Below, piece after piece: positions 17,861 to 26,388 of a stretch of DNA of 32,000 nt. The position numbers were made by a program, and so were the translations under genes. The notes below the pieces were generated by a model. The model saw only the letters and a program-made list of their open reading frames with translations. It did not search any database and had not been told where the DNA came from. Within the stretch, counting starts at the first letter, position 1. Each line of letters begins with the position of its first letter. The stretch comes from Corynebacterium glutamicum ATCC 13032 (GTDB taxonomy: Bacteria; Actinomycetota; Actinomycetes; Mycobacteriales; Mycobacteriaceae). The DNA is taken from NCBI RefSeq assembly GCF_000011325.1, contig NC_003450.3, forward strand, positions 270,001-302,000, given 5' to 3'.

Positions 17861-17905
17861 TGGTTTTGGTCTGATTCGACCTGTTCTAGGCCTAAAAAGT
17901 TAAAG

Positions 17906-17951
17906 AAAAAGACCAAGAGCCCTATGTTTTTATGGTGCTCTTGGTCTTTTT
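17906..17951. terminator. Bidirectional terminator
   Basis: AAAAAGACCAAGAGC (17906-17920) pairs with GCTCTTGGTCTTTTT (17937-17951). It lies between convergent genes. Confidence 0.8.
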
Positions 17952-17962
17952 CAGTGATGCCG

Positions 17963-18829
17963 TTAGCCCACCGTTTGCATGGGTAACCTTCGGCGTCGCT
18001 GAGCCTGCTTTCGGCGGAGAGAGCTATTGATCTGTTGTATCAGGTTGTTCCAGGAATTCGGATTCTGCAGAGTTTTTGATGTCACTTCTAGGACATCCCA
18101 TCCCGCACTTTTCAGAGCATTCTTCCGATGAGAATCTTTCTCTCGCTGCTCAGAGGTGTAGTGCCATCCGCCGTTGTATTCGAGGGCAACCTGCCACAGC
18201 GGATCTGCGAGATCTAGAAAATAGGATTGACCGTCGTATTCAACATGAATCTGTGGGATGAAGCCGTGGTAACCCAGTGAATGAAGTCTGACCCGAAGTC
18301 GTGATTCTTGCGGAGATTCAGCAAAAGGATTGGCGTATTGAGTGTGTTTCTTAAGTTTTGGCTCTTGTATGAGTTCTTGGAATAATTCGGGGCGCTGCCT
18401 GATGAGATGATCGATGAGAGCTACTTGGTCTTCAAAGTCGTTGAGAGAATGCAGGTCGAAGACGTCTTGGATCGCTTGAACATCATTAACGAACCTAATG
18501 TTGCCACTGAGCAGGGTGTTTTCTGGTTCAATCCGCCTGAGAATTTCACCTCGTGAGCAGTCCCTCCTGTTTAGATCTCCGGAAACACTGATGATTGGCA
18601 TCCACTGATCGTCTAAAAGCTGATAGCCACGTTGCTTTAATGCTGCATATCCGCGAAGTACTCCTTCTGGGCATCTTTTGAGCAGTGCTTGGGTCACTAA
18701 GTTGGGATCGTTGATTAGATCGTTTTTTAGATAGACGAAGCCAGTAATTTTGGTGAAGAGTTTGTTAAACGTTCTTCTTGAATATTCGTGGGCAAGTTCT
18801 TTATATGTGACAGGTTTTTTCGGTTCCAT
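17963..18829 (-). CDS. Hypothetical protein with a C-terminal DUF559 (Vsr-like PD-(D/E)xK endonuclease-fold) domain
   Basis: The C-terminal segment ESPQESRLRVRLHSLGYHGFIPQIHVEYDGQSYFLDLADPLWQVALEYNGGWHYTSEQREKDSHRKNALKSAGWDVLEVT fits the actinobacterial DUF559 pattern (E..E...L...G....Q......D......EYDG..H......D..R...L...GW.V.R.T). I do not recognise the N-terminal 170 aa. Confidence 0.65.
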   Translation of the reverse strand: MEPKKPVTYKELAHEYSRRTFNKLFTKITGFVYLKNDLINDPNLVTQALLKRCPEGVLRGYAALKQRGYQLLDDQWMPIISVSGDLNRRDCSRGEILRRIEPENTLLSGNIRFVNDVQAIQDVFDLHSLNDFEDQVALIDHLIRQRPELFQELIQEPKLKKHTQYANPFAESPQESRLRVRLHSLGYHGFIPQIHVEYDGQSYFLDLADPLWQVALEYNGGWHYTSEQREKDSHRKNALKSAGWDVLEVTSKTLQNPNSWNNLIQQINSSLRRKQAQRRRRLPMQTVG

Positions 18830-19127
18830 ACTCTAGTTAGACTGCGATCTCGAGCAATTGGTTCCGAGGCTCTAGAAGCTCGTATAAGGCGTCGAGTTTT
18901 TCGAATGAACGTTCCCCTGGGAGTGCTTGTGTTCGTGCTTCTAACGGCCACACAGCGAGTTGGGATTTTTGGGTTCCGAGCTGGCTTTTTGGTCAGATTG
19001 CGGTATTAGGCCAAAAGCCCTTGCGCCTTTGTACTCTTTGGTTCAATACGACACTTTGGAGGGCTAGAAATGTGAAATCTGAACCAAAAGACAGCGTAGG
19101 TTTTAGGTTTTTGGTCTCGTTCTGCAG

Positions 19128-19796
19128 TTAGCGCAGCCGGTAGCCAGATCCTCGGATGGTTTCGACCCGATGGGCACCGATTTTCTTCCTCAACGCGCGG
19201 ATATATACGTCCACCACGTTTGAGCCGGGGTCCCAATCCATGTCCCACACCAGTCGGAGGAGTTGGACTCGGGAGAGGATTTGCCCTGGGTGTCGCATGA
19301 GGGTTTCGAGCAGATCGACTTCGCGGCGGGAAAGGTCGTGCCAGGAGCCGTCGATGAGCACACGCTGGGTACGAAGATCGAGCTCCAAATCGCCGTTTCG
19401 TAGCACGCGCGCATCGGTCGGCGTTTCCTGAGGAGTGTGTTTGGCGAGGCGGAGTTTGATGCGGGCCAGTAATTCTGCGAATTGGAATGGTTTGGGCATG
19501 TAATCGTCGGCGCCGCCCTCGAGGGTGCGGAGGCGGTCCTCGATGTTGGTGCGTGCCGTGAGCACAATGATAGGTAGCGTGACCTGCAGATTTCTTAATT
19601 GCTCTAGGACATCCGTGCCGTCCATGTGGGGGAGGCCGAGGTCTAAAACCATGAGATCGAAATCGCCGGAATGTGCGCGGGCGAAAGCTTCGGCGCCGGA
19701 TTCGGTGACCTCGCATTCGAAGCCTTCGCGGATGAGGCCACGAACGATGAAATCTGCGATGCCGGCGTCATCTTCAGCGAGCAGGATCTTGCTCAT
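19128..19796 (-). CDS. cgtR1: OmpR/PhoB-family response regulator
   Basis: Receiver domain (ILLAEDD...DLMVLDLGLPHMDG...) plus a winged-helix C-terminal domain (LRKKIG...IETIRGSGYRL). An AAAGGAA RBS is present. The gene symbol is from memory of the C. glutamicum two-component system nomenclature. Confidence 0.85.
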   Translation of the reverse strand: MSKILLAEDDAGIADFIVRGLIREGFECEVTESGAEAFARAHSGDFDLMVLDLGLPHMDGTDVLEQLRNLQVTLPIIVLTARTNIEDRLRTLEGGADDYMPKPFQFAELLARIKLRLAKHTPQETPTDARVLRNGDLELDLRTQRVLIDGSWHDLSRREVDLLETLMRHPGQILSRVQLLRLVWDMDWDPGSNVVDVYIRALRKKIGAHRVETIRGSGYRLR

Positions 19797-21243
19797 GGGT
19801 GTATTCCTTTGATTGTTCTGGTGCGGGGATTTCCAGGCCGAAAATGGATCCTAGACCTGGTGTGGAATTGACGAAAGCTCGGCCGCCGTGGGCTTCGCCG
19901 ATCGCCTTGACAATGGATAATCCCAGGCCAGCGCCACCGGGACGCCGTGAATTTTTTTGGGAGCCTCTGGAGAAGCGATCGAACAGGGCTTCTTGTTCAT
20001 CCATATCAACACCGTTTCCTTTGTCACGAACCCAAATGCGAAAAATGCGGTCGGGGCCAGACCCCCTGAAATCTGAACCCAACTCCACCACATCATCGCT
20101 GTAGCGCAACGCATTGCCGAACAACTCCAGCACTGCCTCGGTGACCCGCTGCTCGTCGAGGCTGACGAGGCCCTCGGCGGCGTCGACAAGCAAAATTCGG
20201 TCGCTGATGGTGCGGGCTTTGTCTTCGATATCGATTGTTAAATCCGTGACATCCGTGGGGTGGGCGTGGATGAAGGTGCCAGAATCGGCGACTGCGAGGG
20301 TGAGCAGATCATTGACCATTCGCGACATTCGATCCAACTCAGTGGTGGCCAGCTCAATCGACCGCGCTTGTTCCTCCGGCGGGGTGGTGGCGAGAAGCTC
20401 TAACTGGCCACGCACCACTGTGATCGGGGTGCGCAGCTCGTGGCCGGCATCATCAACGAACTGGCGCTGATCGTTATACGCGATTTCGATGCGATCCAAC
20501 ATGGCATTAAAAGTCCTGGCCAGCTGCGCAATCTCATCACGACCCTCCACAGGGACGCGCCAGGTGAGATCCGAATTACTGATCTTTGCGGACACGGAAC
20601 TCAATTTGCGGATCGGGGCAATGATCTGGCCCGCAATCAACCAAGCAATCAGAATTGAGGCAATCAAACCCCCTGTGCCGATCAAAATAAGAATCTGGAT
20701 CTGGCCGTTGACCTGGTCTTTAAGATTATCAGCGAAGAATGCGACAACGAACTCACCATCGGCCTCACCGGAAGCAGTTTGGAAATTCACCTTTCCCCAG
20801 TGAGTGGTTCCGCGTTCAAGATCGCTGAAAACTCCAGAATTCAGCGTGGTCTGTCGGATTTCCGAAATCAACGGATCGGAGTGTTCCAAAGGAAGCGGAT
20901 GGGCGCCACTGAGCTGGGAGTAATCAACCTGAATGAGCTCTCCGGGGAAAATGCCGACAATGGCTTCATTTTCATCCGGAATCTGCCTCGACAGGTAAAC
21001 CTCCATCAGGCGATGACCTGACTCAAAAGGCTGCGCAGTTGTTGGATCAATTCCTTCGGCTGCAAAGCGACGAAACTCCTCAATTTCCTGCTCAACTGCC
21101 GAGTTCGCGGTGTTGGTTACCTCTGAAAGCAGCACCGAACGGGTAATGATCACAACGCTGGCTAGGGTCAAGAAAACAACCGCTGTCATCCACAGGACAA
21201 TTCGCCAGCGTAGCGATGCAATCAAAGGAGTTGATTTAGCCAT
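19774..21243 (-). CDS. cgtS1: Sensor histidine kinase: two transmembrane segments, an extracytoplasmic loop of about 150 aa, HAMP, HisKA and HATPase_c domains
   Basis: H-box FVDDAGHELRTPITVV. HAMP region IAPIRKLSSVSAKI..LARTFNAMLDRI. G-boxes VRDKGNGV and GGAGLGLSIV. The 3' end overlaps the response regulator start by 23 nt. Confidence 0.85.
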   Translation of the reverse strand: MAKSTPLIASLRWRIVLWMTAVVFLTLASVVIITRSVLLSEVTNTANSAVEQEIEEFRRFAAEGIDPTTAQPFESGHRLMEVYLSRQIPDENEAIVGIFPGELIQVDYSQLSGAHPLPLEHSDPLISEIRQTTLNSGVFSDLERGTTHWGKVNFQTASGEADGEFVVAFFADNLKDQVNGQIQILILIGTGGLIASILIAWLIAGQIIAPIRKLSSVSAKISNSDLTWRVPVEGRDEIAQLARTFNAMLDRIEIAYNDQRQFVDDAGHELRTPITVVRGQLELLATTPPEEQARSIELATTELDRMSRMVNDLLTLAVADSGTFIHAHPTDVTDLTIDIEDKARTISDRILLVDAAEGLVSLDEQRVTEAVLELFGNALRYSDDVVELGSDFRGSGPDRIFRIWVRDKGNGVDMDEQEALFDRFSRGSQKNSRRPGGAGLGLSIVKAIGEAHGGRAFVNSTPGLGSIFGLEIPAPEQSKEYTHEQDPAR

Positions 21244-21269
21244 GAAATAGAAAGTGCCTCAGGGGTTAG

Positions 21270-21617
21270 TTAGTCGTCGTCCCAGTCGTCGTCGAAGTCA
21301 TCATCGTCGTCGTCCCAGTCATCGTCATAGTACTGATAATTGAGTGGAACTTGTGGGGCTTGAGGAATTTGAGCGGGGGCAGGAACTGGGGGTTGTACTG
21401 GGGATTCTTGAATTTGTGTGGTTGGTTCTTCCGGAGATTCTGTAGCAGGGGGCTCATACGCGGAAGTTGTGGGAGTGGAACGCTGGTTGACCGTGGCGGG
21501 TTCACTTTCCACATTAGGGGTAGCACGATTATTTGCCAGTGCAGATCCTCCGATGGCAACGAGTACGAGCAGAGCCAGAATCGTAATCAGTGGGGCGAAA
21601 CGGGGGAGTGATTTCAT
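21270..21617 (-). CDS. Small membrane-anchored or secreted protein (115 aa) with a Pro-rich linker and a poly-Asp/Trp C-terminal tail
   Basis: ATG 21617 is preceded by AGGAGA with a 6-nt spacer. The product is MKSLPRFAPLITILALLVLVAIGGSALA...PVQPPVPAPAQIPQAPQVP...YYDDDWDDDDDDFDDDWDDD. The stop lies 26 nt upstream of the kinase start on the same strand. Confidence 0.65.
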   Translation of the reverse strand: MKSLPRFAPLITILALLVLVAIGGSALANNRATPNVESEPATVNQRSTPTTSAYEPPATESPEEPTTQIQESPVQPPVPAPAQIPQAPQVPLNYQYYDDDWDDDDDDFDDDWDDD

Positions 21618-21799
21618 TGGGGGTTCTCCTTTGATCAACTCAATCTGTATTCCATTGTTAGGCACCAAGATGAAATGAAGATGAGAATTTTCACTCCAAG
21701 TGCGCGAGGTTGCGGTTTGGGGCGGAATCATCAAGAAATTGCCAGGATTGATCATTAATATCGGCTCATTAAGGCTCTTTTTAATGAGAGGGATTCCCA

Positions 21800-22420
21800 T
21801 TGAATGATCAGTTGGTGAGTTGGGTGGAAACACTCATGACAGCATCGGTGTTTTATCCGGTGCTGTCAGTTGTGGTGCTCATCGACTGCATTTTGCCGCT
21901 TATCCCCAGTGAGACTGTTCTTGCTTTGGCAGGGGCGTGGTCAGGAGCTCGGGGAACTCCAAACTTGTGGTTGGTTATTTCAGTAGCAACGTTGGCCGCG
22001 ATCATTGGTGACAACCTGTGTTATTTCTTTGGCACGCGGTTGATCAATATGGTGAACAGGATTCCGGGAGAATCGAGGCGCGGAAAAGCGCTGGAGTGGG
22101 CGCGGAAGAACCTTAATGAACGGGATGTTTCGACAATCATTATCGCCCGCTTTATTCCGTGGGCTAGGTGGTTTGTCACCATCATTTTGGGATCTGTGGG
22201 ATATTCCTGGTCGAGGTTTATCGTGTGGGATTCCATTGGAGCGCTAATTTGGGCAACCCAGGCAACTTTGTTGGGTTATGTGGGCGGATGGCTTTTCCAA
22301 GAACAACCGTTGATCGGCCTGGTTGCAGGCGCAGCTTTGGGAATCTTCTTCGGGTTCTTTTTGCAGTGGCTCAACAAAATGTGGGAGAGGCGTCGTCTGG
22401 CGAAAGTGGCTGCAGAATGA
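21800..22420 (+). CDS. dedA: DedA/VTT-family membrane protein
   Basis: Motifs LPLIPSETVLALAGAW, GDNLCYFFG and RFIPWARWFVTIILG match the DedA (SNARE-associated) family. The start is uncertain: TTG 21800, with ATG 21835 in frame. Confidence 0.8.
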   Translation: MNDQLVSWVETLMTASVFYPVLSVVVLIDCILPLIPSETVLALAGAWSGARGTPNLWLVISVATLAAIIGDNLCYFFGTRLINMVNRIPGESRRGKALEWARKNLNERDVSTIIIARFIPWARWFVTIILGSVGYSWSRFIVWDSIGALIWATQATLLGYVGGWLFQEQPLIGLVAGAALGIFFGFFLQWLNKMWERRRLAKVAAE

Positions 22421-22424
22421 AAAT

Positions 22425-22464
22425 CAGGCCAGACAGTGGGAACACTATCTGACCTGGGTTTTAA
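22425..22464. terminator. Candidate bidirectional terminator between dedA and tRNA-Pro
   Basis: CAGGCCAGA (22425-22433) pairs with TCTGACCTG (22448-22456) with one mismatch. GGTTTTAAG follows on the plus strand and ATTTTC follows on the minus strand. Confidence 0.4.
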
Positions 22465-22468
22465 GTTG

Positions 22469-22542
22469 TCGGGATAACAGGATTCGAACCTGCGACCTTA
22501 CCGTCCCGAACGGCACGCGCTACCAAGCTGCGCCATATCCCG
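22469..22542 (-). tRNA. tRNA-Pro (anticodon CGG), CCA not encoded
   Basis: The reverse complement reads CGGGATATGGCGCAGCTTGGTAGCGCGTGCCGTTCGGGACGGTAAGGTCGCAGGTTCGAATCCTGTTATCCCGA. It folds with a 7-bp acceptor stem (CGGGATA/TATCCCG), a GCGC D-stem, the anticodon loop TTCGGGA and a GGTTCGAATCC T-loop. Confidence 0.93.
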
Positions 22543-22593
22543 AGTTACTGGAATCAGTACAGGAAATCACTGTAGTCCTGTGGGTTTTTCAGG

Positions 22594-23511
22594 TCAAAGT
22601 GCCTGTTCAGTGATCTTTATTAGGGTGGCGCTGGGTCGGCAGAAGATGCGGAATGGGACGAATTTTGAGGTGCCGAGGCCGTTGGAAACGTGCATCCACA
22701 TGTCGCCAAATTTGTTGAGGCCGGTGGCGCGTTTGCGGTCGATTCCACAGTTGGTGACAATTGGCTTGCTGCCCGGAAGACAAAGCTGACCGCCGTGGGT
22801 GTGGCCGGAGAGGGAAAGCTGGTAGCCGTCGGCTTCGAACTGAGCGAGGACTCGAGGTTCTGGTGCGTGAAGCAACGCTATGGACAGATCAGCGTCCACG
22901 TTTGGTGCCCCTGCGATCTCTGTGTAGTCGTCGAGGTCATGGTGGGGGTCATCAACACCTGAGATGGCGAGGCGGACGGAACCTACTTGGAATTCGAGTC
23001 GCTTTTGGTTGGCGTCTTGCCATCCGTGTTCGATGAAAGCAGCTCGCATGGCTCGCCAGGGGAGGTCGATGTGGCTCACTTCGCGTTTTTTACCGAAGAG
23101 GTAGCCGAAAGGATTGACGGGGCGGGGTGCCCAGTAATCGTTGGTTCCGAAGACGAACGCGCCGGGGCGGTTCATCAGTGGGCCGAGTGCGCGGAGGACG
23201 TCGGGGACTGCTTTTTCATCGCTAAGGTTGTCACCGGTGTTGATCACCAAATCGGGGCTTAGTGAATCGAGTGCGGAGACCCATGCTTTTTTGGTTTCTT
23301 GGCCTGGGATCATGTGGAGATCAGAGATGTGGAGAAGGCGGAATTCCTTCTTTCCACGGAGCGTTCCAGGCTTCAAAATTGGCAGTTCTACTGTTTTGAG
23401 CTCGAATTTTTTGAGCTCTGAGTATCCCCATGCAGCGGTGGCGATACCAGCTCCGAGTAGGGCTGCACTTGAAAAAGTGAGTGTTTTAGCGATAGTTGAC
23501 ACCTTATTCAC
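22594..23511 (-). CDS. Membrane-anchored calcineurin-like metallophosphoesterase
   Basis: Motifs LLHISDLHM, NTGDN and GHTHGGQ are the metallophosphoesterase signatures. An N-terminal hydrophobic anchor is present. GTG start. Confidence 0.8.
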   Translation of the reverse strand: MNKVSTIAKTLTFSSAALLGAGIATAAWGYSELKKFELKTVELPILKPGTLRGKKEFRLLHISDLHMIPGQETKKAWVSALDSLSPDLVINTGDNLSDEKAVPDVLRALGPLMNRPGAFVFGTNDYWAPRPVNPFGYLFGKKREVSHIDLPWRAMRAAFIEHGWQDANQKRLEFQVGSVRLAISGVDDPHHDLDDYTEIAGAPNVDADLSIALLHAPEPRVLAQFEADGYQLSLSGHTHGGQLCLPGSKPIVTNCGIDRKRATGLNKFGDMWMHVSNGLGTSKFVPFRIFCRPSATLIKITEQAL

Positions 23512-23538
23512 CCTACCTGGGGAGTACTCTGGGCAAAC

Positions 23539-23994
23539 ATGAGTGAACTAAAAGACAAAATCCGCGCAGATCTGACCACCGCTATGAAGGCCCGCGACAA
23601 GGACACCACTGGTACCTTGCGCATGCTGCTTTCCGCATTGACCCAGGAAGAAACATCGGGAACCAAGCACGAACTCAATGATGAAGAAGTGTTGAAGGTG
23701 ATTGCTCGTGAGATTAAGAAGCGTCGCGAGTCCGCTGAGGTGTACACCGAAAATGGTCGTCAGGAATTGGCTGACGTTGAGCTTAAAGAGGCTGCCATTT
23801 TGGAGGGCTACCAGCCTGAGCAGCTTGATGATGATCAGCTGAACGCGCTGATCGATGAGGCTATCGCTGAAGTCGGCGGCGAGGCCGATATGAAGAAGAT
23901 GGGCCAGATCATGAAGGCTGCTACCGCTAAGGCTGCTGGCCGTGCAGATGGAAAACGACTCTCCACCGCAGTGAAGAGCCGTTTGAGCAACTAG
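23539..23994 (+). CDS. yqeY: GatB/YqeY-domain protein
   Basis: 151 aa. The segments MSELKDKIRADLTTAMKARDKDTTGTLRMLLSAL... and ...VIAREIKKRRESAEVY are typical of the YqeY family. Confidence 0.85.
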   Translation: MSELKDKIRADLTTAMKARDKDTTGTLRMLLSALTQEETSGTKHELNDEEVLKVIAREIKKRRESAEVYTENGRQELADVELKEAAILEGYQPEQLDDDQLNALIDEAIAEVGGEADMKKMGQIMKAATAKAAGRADGKRLSTAVKSRLSN

Positions 23995-24000
23995 GTATTT

Positions 24001-26388
24001 CTAGCGGAAGAACTGGTTGATGGCGTCATTGATGGCGTCTTCAATGGTTGTTCCGCGGTTGTTTGTTGATGGAGCAGGGGTGTCTCCATCGTCGCTGTCA
24101 TCATTGTTGGTGGCAGCGGGGGCAGGGCTTGTGCCGTCGGAGATGTCCAAAATGACGGTTCCACCGTCGATAAGCACTGCACCCTGAGGGGTTGCGCTGA
24201 CTACGGTGCCGCGCGCGCTGCCGGCGCCGGAGACTGAACGCGTGGTGACCTTGTAGCCTTTGGCTTCGAGGGTGCGTCGAGCGGAGGCTTCGCTTTGGCC
24301 GACAACCTGGTTGAGGAGTTCGCCGGAAGTGCCGAGGCGGAATGAATCGCTGCTGGATGGCAGTGTTCCTTGCGAAGCTGCGGGGACGTTGCTTGCCATG
24401 TTAAACCATGTTTGAGCTGGTTCGTTACCGCCGAAGAGGTTACCGCTGCTGCACTGGCGGACGGGGCCGCTGCACAGTGGGGTGGTGGAGGTGCCGTCAT
24501 TGTAGATGTATGGAGCTGCGGCAAAGTTGCTGTTGAAGCCCATAAATGCTGAGGACTGGTTGGACTCGGTGGTACCGGTCTTCGCTGCGGTTGGCAAGGA
24601 CCATCCGTACATGCTGGCTGCAGAGGCCGCAGTTCCGCTGACCGTATCCTTGCTCATGCCGACGGCCAAAGCTGAAGCCGTTTCGGCATCGATGGCGCGC
24701 TCACATGCAGGGCGGTCAATGTAGACTTCGTTGCCTTCACGGTCATGGACGCTGGCGATGGGATTGGGTTCGCACCACATGCCACCGGATGCAATGGTTG
24801 CAGCAACATTGGACAATTCAAGAGGGTTAACAGCGGTAGGTCCAAGAGTGTAAGAACCGAGGTTGTTGTCCTTCATGTAGTCCGCGATTGAGCTTTCGCC
24901 GTCGAAGGAACCTTCATCGGTGTAGCTTCGCAGGCCCAGCTTTACTGAAAGATCCACAACGGTGTCCACGCCAACCTGCTCGATCATTTCAACGAATGCA
25001 GTGTTGGGGGACTGCGCGAGAGCGTCCTGCAGAGTCATGCGAGGCGCGTAGGATCCTGCGTTTTCCACGCAGTAAGTATTTGCGGGACAGTTCGCGGCAC
25101 CGCCGGAGCCCATGCCCTTGACCTCATATCGAGAAGGAACATCCAACATGGTGTCTAGGCCAGCGCCCTGCTGAATGGCTGCAGCGGCGGTAAAGATCTT
25201 GAAAATGGAACCGGCACCATTACCCACACGGGACGTTGCCTGAGGCAGCATCGTTTCACCAGCATCCAGGTCAAGGCCGTAGTTGCGGGAAGAAGTAATA
25301 GCCAAAATATCGCGGGAGTTCTCGCCAGGCTCAATGACGTTCACAACTTCAGCGACACCTGGGGTGGTTGGATCAACGTGGGAGGACACCGCATTGTGCG
25401 CTGCATCCTGAACATCTGGATCCAAAGTCAATTTGATGGTGTAGGAGTCCTTCGCCAGCATATCTTGGGTGATTCCCTGCTCAGAAAGATATTGCAGAGC
25501 GTAATCGCAGAAGAAACCACGATCGCCAGCGCCGATACAACCATTGGATAAGCCTTGCGGGGTTTCCAGGACACCCAAAGGTTCCTGCTGGAAAGCCGAA
25601 GCCTCGTCTGGGGAAATCGCGCCAGCATCAGCCATAGCGCCCAAAACAGTATTACGACGCTCAAACACAGCATCGTGATTGGTGTATGGATTGAGATAAG
25701 ACGAAGACTGCACAATGCCCGCGAGCATCGCAGACTGTGGAATGGTTAACTCGGCAGCCGACGTACCGAAATACGTCCGCGCCGCAGCCTCAACACCATA
25801 AGCACCATTACCAAAAGGAACAATGTTGAGATAACGAGTCAGAATCTCATCCTTCGACAACGTCTTTTCCAAATCAGACGCCATCTTCATCTCACGGAGC
25901 TTACGAGGGATGGAGGTTTCCACAGCAGCAGCCTGCTCCGCCTCATCATCAGCTTCCACCAACAGCAAGAAGTTCTTCACATACTGCTGGTTAATCGTCG
26001 AAGCACCCTGCTCCACGCCACCCGCAGCCAGGTTCGTCAGGATTGCACGACCAAAGCCCTGCAAATCCACACCATCATGCTCATAGAACCTGCGATCCTC
26101 AATCGAAACGATCGCATCCTTCATCGACGTAGAAATCTGATCACCCCCAACCTCAAACCGCCGCTGCGCATAAATATAAGCAATCGGCTGGTCAGTGGAA
26201 TCAGTAATCGTCGTGACGCCCGGCCCGCGACCATCCGTCAGATCTGAAAGGTTGGTCTGCATCGTGTCATTGGTACGCGCAACCGCAACGCCAGAAAGAC
26301 TAGCGAAAGGCACAAGTGCGAGCGCACCAAGGACGCCAGCGGCGACTGTAGATGCAACGAGCTTTGTCAGAGAATTCGTGGTGGACAC
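24001..26388 (-). CDS. ponA: Class A penicillin-binding protein: glycosyltransferase GT51, transpeptidase and a C-terminal PASTA domain
   Basis: GT51 motifs are IVSIEDRRFYEHDGVD and GASTINQQYVKN. The transpeptidase motif is GSIFK (SxxK). The PASTA-like segment is VVGQSEASARRTLEAKGYKVTTRSV..GTVVSATPQGAVLIDGGTVILDIS. An N-terminal membrane anchor is present. GTG start at 26388. Confidence 0.92.
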   Translation of the reverse strand: MSTTNSLTKLVASTVAAGVLGALALVPFASLSGVAVARTNDTMQTNLSDLTDGRGPGVTTITDSTDQPIAYIYAQRRFEVGGDQISTSMKDAIVSIEDRRFYEHDGVDLQGFGRAILTNLAAGGVEQGASTINQQYVKNFLLLVEADDEAEQAAAVETSIPRKLREMKMASDLEKTLSKDEILTRYLNIVPFGNGAYGVEAAARTYFGTSAAELTIPQSAMLAGIVQSSSYLNPYTNHDAVFERRNTVLGAMADAGAISPDEASAFQQEPLGVLETPQGLSNGCIGAGDRGFFCDYALQYLSEQGITQDMLAKDSYTIKLTLDPDVQDAAHNAVSSHVDPTTPGVAEVVNVIEPGENSRDILAITSSRNYGLDLDAGETMLPQATSRVGNGAGSIFKIFTAAAAIQQGAGLDTMLDVPSRYEVKGMGSGGAANCPANTYCVENAGSYAPRMTLQDALAQSPNTAFVEMIEQVGVDTVVDLSVKLGLRSYTDEGSFDGESSIADYMKDNNLGSYTLGPTAVNPLELSNVAATIASGGMWCEPNPIASVHDREGNEVYIDRPACERAIDAETASALAVGMSKDTVSGTAASAASMYGWSLPTAAKTGTTESNQSSAFMGFNSNFAAAPYIYNDGTSTTPLCSGPVRQCSSGNLFGGNEPAQTWFNMASNVPAASQGTLPSSSDSFRLGTSGELLNQVVGQSEASARRTLEAKGYKVTTRSVSGAGSARGTVVSATPQGAVLIDGGTVILDISDGTSPAPAATNNDDSDDGDTPAPSTNNRGTTIEDAINDAINQFFR

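Noticed and set aside
19006-19716. 236-aa Arg/Pro-rich ORF overlapping the response regulator in another frame
   Set aside because: The composition (RRRS, PRP repeats) is an artefact of an alternative frame of a GC-rich gene. The response regulator frame has clear receiver and winged-helix motifs.
21618-21833. Upstream 72-codon extension of the acidic-tail protein ORF (187-aa version)
   Set aside because: The extension has no hydrophobic or conserved character and would overlap the dedA start region. A strong AGGAGA RBS precedes the internal ATG at 21617, which begins a signal-anchor sequence.
22421-22593. tRNA-Pro as an integration hotspot or genomic-island boundary
   Set aside because: No integrase is nearby, I found no repeat of the tRNA 3' end, and the flanking genes (dedA, metallophosphoesterase, yqeY, pbp1a) look like core genes of normal composition.
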